Of a DNA stretch of 5,602 bases, positions 1 to 5,094 are shown one piece after another. Under the pieces are notes generated by a model. That model saw only the letters and a program-made list of their open reading frames with translations. It had not been told where the DNA came from and made no database searches. Numbering within the stretch: the stretch's first letter is position 1; the number at the start of each line of letters is the position of its first letter. The stretch spans positions 1 to 5,602 of IMG/VR virus record IMGVR_UViG_2563366830_000004; one strand, given 5' to 3'. The stretch is from a virus (Duplodnaviria > Heunggongvirae > Uroviricota > Caudoviricetes). The translations under genes were made by a program, and so were the position numbers.

Positions 1-2066
1 CCGCCAGCAGTTTCCAGATCGATAGTCTTACTAAATTCCGGTCCCATATCTCCGGTTTGCGGATCGAAAAATATTGCACCTATTGAGATGATCGGGGCAT
101 CAGGATTTTTTCCCATGGTTTCAAGGTCGATCATTAGATGGTCACACGTCCTGCTGGTGGATGTGATTTCTTGATGACCGTTCACCTTAATTGAGTGATC
201 TGCCGTCTCGCCAGTTTCATTATCGCTATCGTGATGCTGATTGCCGCCAGTGTTCTCCTTGTGTGGATGTTCAGCGCCTTCCATTTCCTCCGGATCATCT
301 TCCTGAACTTCAGGCTGATACTCTTCATCGAATGTTTCCTGGTATGTTGCGTCGCCCATTACCGCGCCACAATCAGGGCAGTTGCCGCCGCCGGTCTGAC
401 CGCAGGCGGTGCAGACTTTTTCCACTTCCTGTTGCGCCACTGATTCAGGCTGTTTCGTTTCTGGCTCGTTTTGTAACGCATTTGGGCTGTTTTGTTCCGC
501 TTTCTGGTCGTTCTGTTCCGTTTCTTGCTGGTTCTGGTTCACAGAATCGCGGGTCTGGTTCCCCTTAACCCATTTCGGATCATTCGGGTCGCTAATCCCT
601 TCAACAAATTCACCACGTGATACTGCAAGCAGTTCATCGGCGTCAGGCTGGCTGATATTGGCTGCCTGCATAATTTTGTTTACTTCGTCAGCGGTAACTT
701 TTACTGACCCTGGTTGTGCGGTCGTGTCAGATGCACCAGTATTTTGTTGTGAACCTGAGTATGTACCGTTTTTGCGGGCGAAATATTCTTCTTTCGTGAT
801 TTCAGTAGCCCCAGCAGACAGCGCCTTATCCAGACCAGAAAGTTTGTTTGCGCGACCGTATTTTTCGCCGTCCTTATCGGTGAAAAGGAAGTAGAACGGT
901 CCCTCACGCTCTACAGATGGTTCGTCTTCCACTTCGCATTCGGTTTTTTCGTTGTCCGGCATTGCCGTTTCCACTGCATCAGTTTCTGGTACTGGTGACG
1001 GGAGAGTACCAGCTGTGCCCTGATTTGTTCCTTCGTCATCTTCAAACACGCCCTTGGTAGTCAGGTATTCAGTGATGTATTTGTTCAGTGCTACGGGATC
1101 TTTGTGAATGTCGATCGGACGCTCACGGACAAGGCCAAAAATAGTCTGACGGTCGTAGCGAACGGCATCGGGTTGTTTGCGCATTGATGCGGAAATGCGC
1201 TTCCAGTCTTCGCGATCTTTGTCGATAACTTCATTTTTTGCCCGGCGATGGATGCTGCCGTCAATGTTTCCGGTATCAATATCGCCAGGCCAGAGAGCGT
1301 AGGCCAGTTCTTCATCCAGCGTTTTCCATGTCTGCTTGTATTCGCGACAAATGGCGGCAGTGACTGGGTTGATTTTTCCTGCTGAGTTTTCAGTGTGCTG
1401 TTGATTGACTCTGGCGCGGGCGAGATCAACAACAGACGTGTATTTTCCAGTCTCTTTGCGCTCTGCGTCCTGCCGTTTTTTCCAGTTACGTAATTCAGCC
1501 TGAATTTCTGGCCATTTGGCACCCGGATTACATTTGTGTTTAACCCATCCGATAGCGAACAGTTTGCGTTCCGGATACATAGCGTTAATTTCAGGCGTTT
1601 TCATCAGTGCTTCAACGATATGCCCGTCAAAGGTAGCAACGTCTTCCTGCAGTAATTCCTGCGCGTCAATCGCCATATCAACGGTGATGTTTTCACATGT
1701 GTCGAACTTAACCATGACAGCGTTCTGTACTTCAGGGGCCAGCTTGTCAAAAGTGACGTTCATCGGATCTGATTCAGTCTCAACCGGGACAAAGGAAGCA
1801 GACGCCTCATCCCAGCGGTTTTCCTGCATATATTCAGCATCCCAGGAATCTAGGGCAGGGCGGGGTATACCGGGTTTATCCTCGCAGACAAGAAATTTAT
1901 AAGCGCAGTCCTGAGCAGCCGGATAATGTTCCAGGAATTGCCAGTGAAATTTTGCGCGGGCGCGACGTTCATCACCGGCTTCAATGGCAGTGGCTACAGC
2001 GACTGCACCTTCTTCCTTTATTGCCTGTTCGTCCGGAATGGCGGCGCAAATAAAGACTTTACTCAT
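1..2066 (-). CDS. Large prophage exonuclease-family protein (RecE / YdfE-like), partial: N-terminal 688 codons, C-terminus beyond the window start
   Basis: Minus-strand frame open from ATG at 2066..2064 down to codon 5..3, checked triplet by triplet with no stop. SD GAGGT about 8 nt upstream. Absent from the ORF track, presumably because there is no stop in the window. N-terminus MSKVFICAAIPDEQAIKEEG. Internal motif ELLAVSRGEFVEGISDPNDPKWVKG. CxxC-x8-CxxC at 369..413. Last in-window residues DHLMIDLETMGKNPDAPIISIGAIFFD. Position at the distal end of the early-left operon matches recE/ydfE in Rac/Qin-type prophages. Family assignment is from memory. Confidence 0.75.
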   Translation of the reverse strand, partial: MSKVFICAAIPDEQAIKEEGAVAVATAIEAGDERRARAKFHWQFLEHYPAAQDCAYKFLVCEDKPGIPRPALDSWDAEYMQENRWDEASASFVPVETESDPMNVTFDKLAPEVQNAVMVKFDTCENITVDMAIDAQELLQEDVATFDGHIVEALMKTPEINAMYPERKLFAIGWVKHKCNPGAKWPEIQAELRNWKKRQDAERKETGKYTSVVDLARARVNQQHTENSAGKINPVTAAICREYKQTWKTLDEELAYALWPGDIDTGNIDGSIHRRAKNEVIDKDREDWKRISASMRKQPDAVRYDRQTIFGLVRERPIDIHKDPVALNKYITEYLTTKGVFEDDEGTNQGTAGTLPSPVPETDAVETAMPDNEKTECEVEDEPSVEREGPFYFLFTDKDGEKYGRANKLSGLDKALSAGATEITKEEYFARKNGTYSGSQQNTGASDTTAQPGSVKVTADEVNKIMQAANISQPDADELLAVSRGEFVEGISDPNDPKWVKGNQTRDSVNQNQQETEQNDQKAEQNSPNALQNEPETKQPESVAQQEVEKVCTACGQTGGGNCPDCGAVMGDATYQETFDEEYQPEVQEDDPEEMEGAEHPHKENTGGNQHHDSDNETGETADHSIKVNGHQEITSTSRTCDHLMIDLETMGKNPDAPIISIGAIFFDPQTGDMGPEFSKTIDLETAG

Positions 2067-2158
2067 TTTGTTTTACCTCATTACAGATTTAAGGGTGAAC
2101 AAATCCCTGCCATTGCTGGCATATAAGAATGAAACCGGATATTTATTACGGAACTGTT

Positions 2159-2350
2159 TTAAAGACCTGCCGGGATTTCGTTATTATCCTGGTGAATGAC
2201 TTTATCGACCGGGTAACAGTTACCGGGAATTTTCTGTTCGGTTGCTGCAGTCACACACTCCTGCATTGTCCTGTGAACACTGACTGCAATATCAACTGGC
2301 TCTCCGGAAACAAGAAAAACTGTCAGAACAAGTGCAAATGCTGTATTCAT
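2159..2350 (-). CDS. ydfD: YdfD-like small membrane (lysis) protein, 63 aa
   Basis: ATG at 2350..2348 overlaps the dicB stop codon (ATGA overlap, translational coupling). SD AAGGA 8 nt upstream. Product MNTAFALVLTVFLVSGEPVDIAV... has a hydrophobic N-terminal segment. The 81-aa ORF-track version (start 2404) begins inside dicB and has no SD. Size and order match my recollection of Qin ydfD. Confidence 0.75.
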   Translation of the reverse strand: MNTAFALVLTVFLVSGEPVDIAVSVHRTMQECVTAATEQKIPGNCYPVDKVIHQDNNEIPAGL

Positions 2351-2535
2351 TGTGCACATCCTTTTTGTATCGGACGTAAACGGGCCAGCATTGAAAGAAT
2401 GCATATTTTATTTAATAACTCCCGTTCGTGTTTTCTCTTGTTAATGGCATCTTCAGTAAATACAGGGTTACTGATAGTGACACCAATTTCAAAACAACCT
2501 TCAGACGTATTAACGTTTGGTAATAACGTTTCCAT
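2347..2535 (-). CDS. dicB: DicB cell-division inhibitor (MinC-targeting small protein), 62 aa
   Basis: ATG at 2535..2533 with SD GAGGA 7 nt upstream. Product METLLPNVNTSEGCFEIGVTISNPVFTEDAINKRKHERELLNKICILSMLARLRPIQKGCAQ, which closely matches my recollection of K-12 DicB (62 aa). DicF lies about 180 nt upstream on the same strand. Confidence 0.85.
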   Translation of the reverse strand: METLLPNVNTSEGCFEIGVTISNPVFTEDAINKRKHERELLNKICILSMLARLRPIQKGCAQ

Positions 2536-2713
2536 TATCGCGTCCTCAACAATGAATTTTGTGATGCAGTGCCTGGTGCCTCCAGGTGACGTTAACCAGT
2601 TAACAATTAACGCCGGGTTAGTTGATGCTCGTTACGCCCGTAAAATACCGCCTTACTGCTTTAACTGTTCCGCGTGCGCATAGCCGCATTCACCGCATCA
2701 CAAAATTCACTTT

Positions 2714-2770
2714 AAAAAGGGCGGCAGAGCAGTCACGGAGTAAAACTGATACCGCCAAATGTCACCAGAA
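2714..2770 (-). ncRNA. dicF: DicF small regulatory RNA (Hfq-dependent, ftsZ-targeting); 5' end approximate
   Basis: Reverse complement of 2714..2770 is TTCTGGTGACATTTGGCGGTATCAGTTTTACTCCGTGACTGCTCTGCCGCCCTTTTT. It ends in a GC-rich stem plus U5 (intrinsic terminator) and matches my recollection of E. coli DicF. Located between ydfC-like and dicB as in the K-12 dicB operon. The mature 5' end comes from processing and cannot be fixed from sequence. Confidence 0.75.
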
Positions 2771-2796
2771 AATTGATAACAGAGGGCGTTGTAGCG

Positions 2797-2833
2797 GGGT
2801 TGTCACTTAAGCGTATGGTCAACCTGACAACCC
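2797..2833 (-). other. Perfect 9-bp stem-loop (GGGTTGTCA / TGACAACCC, 19-nt loop) just 5' of DicF on the operon transcript; candidate RNA processing structure
   Basis: Inverted repeat read directly: arms at 2797..2805 and 2825..2833. No U-run follows on either strand, so it is not a terminator. Confidence 0.45.
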
Positions 2834-3106
2834 GGTGCATTTTCTGGAGCAATGGAGGAAACCCCAGCCATACTTACCGCCGCGCCATTTCGCGGAGTGC
2901 CACAACCGGAAGCGCACGGTCGAACTAAATTTAACGACACCGTACAGAGAGACCAATTTCGCCGTGCGCTTTCGCGTTATGCCCTGACTTTTCAGGGACA
3001 TATCCTTTCAGTAAACTGTCAGTGCCGGATGCTCACCCGTGTCCGGCGCACGCACTCCACCTGACCAGTGGAGAACTCCTTAATTACCAACCCTCAGGAG
3101 GGTGAA

Positions 3107-3385
3107 ATGGATAAAAAGCAAATTGAGGCCCTGCAATCTATTATTGAAGAACAAGATGAAGCTATCAGGATTCTTTCATATCGCACTGATATGATACTAA
3201 ATATGCTTTCTGCATTAACGGCTGCGCTTGGTGGTACAAAAACAAACGTATACCGCGAAGTTGTTATTCAACAGATAGATAAATTTGAAAAAACCATACC
3301 AGGTATTAATGCTCATCTTGCAGAACAAGAGAAAGACCATGCTCTTATGGCAATTTCTTCAGTAGCTCTCCCGAAAGTTGAGTAG
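3107..3385 (+). CDS. Hypothetical 92-aa acidic, predicted helical protein; AT-rich moron convergent to the early-left operon
   Basis: ATG at 3107 preceded by SD AGGAGG (3096..3101) with a 5-nt spacer; stop TAG at 3383..3385. Product MDKKQIEALQSIIEEQDEAIRILSYRTDMILNMLSALTAALGGTKTNVYREVVIQQIDKFEKTIPGINAHLAEQEKDHALMAISSVALPKVE. About 37% G+C by hand count, versus roughly 50% in the neighbouring large gene. The ORF-track start at 3068 (GTG) lies inside a hairpin and lacks an SD. Confidence 0.7.
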   Translation: MDKKQIEALQSIIEEQDEAIRILSYRTDMILNMLSALTAALGGTKTNVYREVVIQQIDKFEKTIPGINAHLAEQEKDHALMAISSVALPKVE

Positions 3386-3746
3386 TTTTAATTGTTGTTT
3401 TGAAATAATCACTGCTTTCACATTTGAGTGATTTCATGGCAATCCAAATGCGGGCCTCTGTGCCTGCATTTGGTTCCAGTTGCTGTAGACGTTTTGCGTC
3501 TTCCAAAAGTAAGGCGATAATGTGTTTCAGCTTCTCATCATTTGCTTGATTCTTGTTTTCAGGCGAATTCTGTCCGCCGAATAGGCGCTTCTCTTCATAC
3601 AGACCTATAAAGGCACGACGCACGTTACCGGATATAGTATCGATGGTTTCCTTTTCTACAGTACTCAGGTCAAGAGTCGCCAGTTGAGAGCGAACCACAT
3701 TCGCTGCCATTTCCTGGAATGGCATTGGTAAATCTTTAAATTCCAT
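3345..3746 (-). CDS. Hypothetical 133-aa protein, no recognisable motif; member of the early-left operon
   Basis: ATG at 3746..3744 with SD GAGG 6 nt upstream, 22 nt after the ydfC-like stop. Product MEFKDLPMPFQEMAANVVRSQLATLDLSTVEKETIDTISGNVRRAFIGLYEEKRLFGG... The last 41 nt overlap the 3' end of the plus-strand 92-aa gene. Confidence 0.7.
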   Translation of the reverse strand: MEFKDLPMPFQEMAANVVRSQLATLDLSTVEKETIDTISGNVRRAFIGLYEEKRLFGGQNSPENKNQANDEKLKHIIALLLEDAKRLQQLEPNAGTEARIWIAMKSLKCESSDYFKTTIKTTQLSGELLKKLP

Positions 3747-3768
3747 TATTAGCCTCGTTGGTTAGCTA

Positions 3769-3987
3769 TTAACGTGGGTATGTAACCATTCTGGCAATGC
3801 TTAATGCCGCTGCTTTTTCCAGCCTGGTGATATCCTGCTCCAGAGCGGACAGATTTTCAGCCTGCTTAGTCCTGGCTTCATTGGCCCATTTCAGATCCTG
3901 CACTGCATTAATTTTCTGGCGCATCCACTCATAAAGTTCATCATCGGTATAGTCTGGCGCGATGATGACGGGTTCTCGTTTCTGCAT
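3769..3987 (-). CDS. ydfC: YdfC-like small protein, 72 aa
   Basis: ATG at 3987..3985 with SD GAGGA 7 nt upstream. Product MQKREPVIIAPDYTDDELYEWMRQKINAVQDLKWANEARTKQAENLSALEQDITRLEKAAALSIARMVTYPR. Size and operon position match the third gene of the K-12 dicB operon (recollection). Confidence 0.75.
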   Translation of the reverse strand: MQKREPVIIAPDYTDDELYEWMRQKINAVQDLKWANEARTKQAENLSALEQDITRLEKAAALSIARMVTYPR

Positions 3988-4016
3988 ACTGATTCCTCGC
4001 GGTGCTGTTTCGCTTA

Positions 4017-4145
4017 TCAGCCGTTAGATTTTCCCGAACTGGAAAGCGCCTGTTTAAATTCACTGAAGCTGAGAGCTTCTTCGCCTTCGGCAAGACCATC
4101 GAAGTATTCTTCGTAAGCCTTTTCCATGATTGTGTCGAAATCCAT
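4017..4145 (-). CDS. ydfB: YdfB-like small protein, 42 aa
   Basis: ATG at 4145..4143 sits 1 nt after the upstream gene's TGA (GAGTGATATGG), SD-like AGGTGA upstream; stop TGA at 4017..4019. Product MDFDTIMEKAYEEYFDGLAEGEEALSFSEFKQALSSSGKSNG. Below the ORF-track size cut-off. Size and position match K-12 ydfB (recollection). Confidence 0.65.
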   Translation of the reverse strand: MDFDTIMEKAYEEYFDGLAEGEEALSFSEFKQALSSSGKSNG

Positions 4146-4146
4146 A

Positions 4147-4302
4147 TCACTCACCTGAGTTTCTTTCCAGCCAGCGACGGGCACCATTTTCGGTTTTAAA
4201 CGTTTTGCTTTTGGTATACGTCATCGCGGTGAATGTGCCGTCCTGGTTGGGAAACACGCCGTACACCAGAGATTCGTTGTTGCCAAGCTCGATAGTATCC
4301 AT
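4147..4302 (-). CDS. ydfA: YdfA-like small protein, 51 aa; first gene of the early-left operon
   Basis: ATG at 4302..4300 with SD GAGG and a 5-nt spacer; stop TGA at 4147..4149. Product MDTIELGNNESLVYGVFPNQDGTFTAMTYTKSKTFKTENGARRWLERNSGE. Below the ORF-track cut-off. Size and position match K-12 ydfA (recollection). Confidence 0.7.
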   Translation of the reverse strand: MDTIELGNNESLVYGVFPNQDGTFTAMTYTKSKTFKTENGARRWLERNSGE

Positions 4303-4371
4303 GCTGACCTCATTTCCCCTTAACGCCGGGTGGCGGAACTAAAACCTACAGCGCCGTGCTGTTCTTGATAG

Positions 4372-4394
4372 AAATATTAGTAACGCGGATATTT
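4372..4394. promoter_or_regulatory. Candidate left operator: inverted repeat AAATAT-N11-ATATTT overlapping the -10 and spacer of the leftward promoter
   Basis: Arms at 4372..4377 and 4389..4394. The 9-mer AAATATTAG at 4372..4380 recurs at 4460..4468 and, inverted, at 5088..5096 in the right operator region. Confidence 0.45.
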
Positions 4395-4402
4395 TAAGTC
4401 AA
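4374..4402 (-). promoter_or_regulatory. Leftward early promoter (PL / dicBp equivalent)
   Basis: On the minus strand: -35 TTGACT (4402..4397), 17-nt spacer, -10 TAATAT (4379..4374). Predicted start near 4367, about 65 nt upstream of the ydfA-like ATG. Confidence 0.6.
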
Positions 4403-4499
4403 CAGTATGGCGTATGATATTTTTGATTTGGTAACTATGTAAATGTTTTTTCAAGGGAAAAATATTAGTTATACAGCTGATTTGCAGAAGTTATGGCAC

Positions 4500-4529
4500 A
4501 AAAAAACCGACTAAGACGTCGGTTTTTTT
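4500..4529. terminator. Bidirectional rho-independent terminator between the repressor gene and the PL/OL region
   Basis: A7 (4500..4506), stem CCGAC / GTCGG (4507..4511 and 4518..4522) with a 6-nt loop, then T7 (4523..4529). Lies 26 nt downstream of the repressor stop codon. Confidence 0.8.
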
Positions 4530-4555
4530 GTTGTGGATGGGGTAGTGAGCGGTGG

Positions 4556-5017
4556 CTACTGGTTACGTTTCTTTAGTGCCAGCATGTTCTCGAAGGCTTC
4601 CTCGTAGAGCTTGTTTAGTCCACGTAGCTGGTTAAGGAGTTTGGCTTTTTCTGACGCAGGTAGAATCTCGAAGAGGTTAAGTAACTCTGCCTGTTCTTCA
4701 TTGACCAGCCTCCATCCTTTGCCTGAAAAGTTATCATCATAAGTATCTGATGATCTTACATAATTCATTAAGTCTTTAAGGTCTTCTCGAATGTCCTCTG
4801 GTTTTACCTTTAACAGAGCCGCAAATTTTAGCGCAGCGTCGGTATTTACCGGTATCTTGCCGTTCAGATACTGGCTAACGGTGCCTTGAGATTCGAATCC
4901 CAACAACTCAGCCGCCAGCTCTTGAGTCAGCTTCAGCTCTTTTTTTCTTGCATTCCATGCGGCTTTTAAATTCTTGCTCGCTTCTGGAGTTGCAATCACT
5001 TCGCGTGTTTTTTTCAT
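4556..5017 (-). CDS. Prophage repressor, CI/DicA-type HTH (XRE family), 153 aa, without a LexA-like S24 cleavage domain
   Basis: ATG at 5017..5015, stop TAG at 4556..4558. The N-terminal part KELKLTQELAAELLGFESQGTVSQYLNGKIPVNTDAALKFAALLKV has the lambda CI / P22 C2 HTH pattern. The C-terminal part (ELLNLFEILPASEKAKLLNQL...) resembles the DicA C-terminus as I recall it and has no Ser-Lys peptidase motifs. Sits upstream of the dicB-type operon and divergent from a Cro-like gene. Confidence 0.85.
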   Translation of the reverse strand: MKKTREVIATPEASKNLKAAWNARKKELKLTQELAAELLGFESQGTVSQYLNGKIPVNTDAALKFAALLKVKPEDIREDLKDLMNYVRSSDTYDDNFSGKGWRLVNEEQAELLNLFEILPASEKAKLLNQLRGLNKLYEEAFENMLALKKRNQ

Positions 5018-5023
5018 ACATAG

Positions 5024-5051
5024 AGTTTATTTGTTTTACCAATATTATCAA
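5024..5051 (-). promoter_or_regulatory. Repressor (maintenance-type) promoter giving a leaderless or near-leaderless mRNA
   Basis: On the minus strand: -35 TTGATA (5051..5046), 16-nt spacer, -10 TAAACT (5029..5024), only 6 nt before the ATG. There is no SD ahead of the repressor start, as for lambda PRM. Confidence 0.5.
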
Positions 5052-5065
5052 AGATAGTCTGGCTA

Positions 5066-5094
5066 TTGATCTTTAAAATTAGCGGGGCTAATAT
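5066..5094 (+). promoter_or_regulatory. Rightward promoter (PR equivalent) for the Cro/YdaS-like gene
   Basis: -35 TTGATC (5066..5071), 17-nt spacer, -10 TAATAT (5089..5094). Predicted start near 5101; SD GAAGG at 5114..5118; ATG at 5125. Confidence 0.6.
5078..5092. promoter_or_regulatory. Candidate right operator: perfect palindrome ATTAGC-GGG-GCTAAT overlapping the PR spacer and -10
   Basis: Read directly from the sequence. Shares the AAATATTAG core (inverted) with the left operator region. Confidence 0.45.

Noticed and set aside
191-2126. Plus-strand ORFs 191..568, 195..443, 409..894, 1516..1902, 1926..2126 and minus-strand ORFs 701..907 and 1091..1522
   Set aside because: All lie inside, and out of frame with or antisense to, the 688-codon minus-strand exonuclease-like frame. 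Their products are low-complexity (R/S/C-rich) and none has a convincing SD. I treat them as shadow ORFs.
2159-2404. Longer 81-aa version of ydfD starting at ATG 2404
   Set aside because: That start lies 58 nt inside dicB with no SD. The ATG at 2350 has an SD and the ATGA coupling overlap.
2129-2683. Plus-strand 184-aa ORF
   Set aside because: Antisense to ydfD and dicB and extending into the dicB leader. Cys/Asn-rich improbable product, no SD.
2982-2997. The hairpin CCCTGA-CTTT-TCAGGG as a lambda-type nut boxB site
   Set aside because: No boxA-like CGCTCTTA element is present 5' of it on either strand, and the loop does not match the GAAAA/GAAGA boxB loops. Kept only as an unassigned hairpin.
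2622-3064. ORFs 2622..2810 (+), 2819..3001 (-) and 2852..3064 (+) in the DicF / hairpin region
   Set aside because: Arg/His/Trp-rich products, SD-like sequences too close to the start codons or absent, and overlap with DicF and the stem-loops. I considered an N-like basic antiterminator for 2819..3001 but found no supporting RBS or nut-site arrangement.
3068-3106. GTG start at 3068 for the 92-aa gene (the 105-aa ORF-track version)
   Set aside because: The extension begins inside a hairpin and has no SD, whereas the ATG at 3107 has a perfect AGGAGG.
3941-4342. ORFs 3941..4150 (-), 4002..4199 (+) and 4130..4342 (+)
   Set aside because: They overlap the SD-supported, translationally coupled ydfA-like and ydfB-like genes in other frames or in antisense. 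Arg-rich products.
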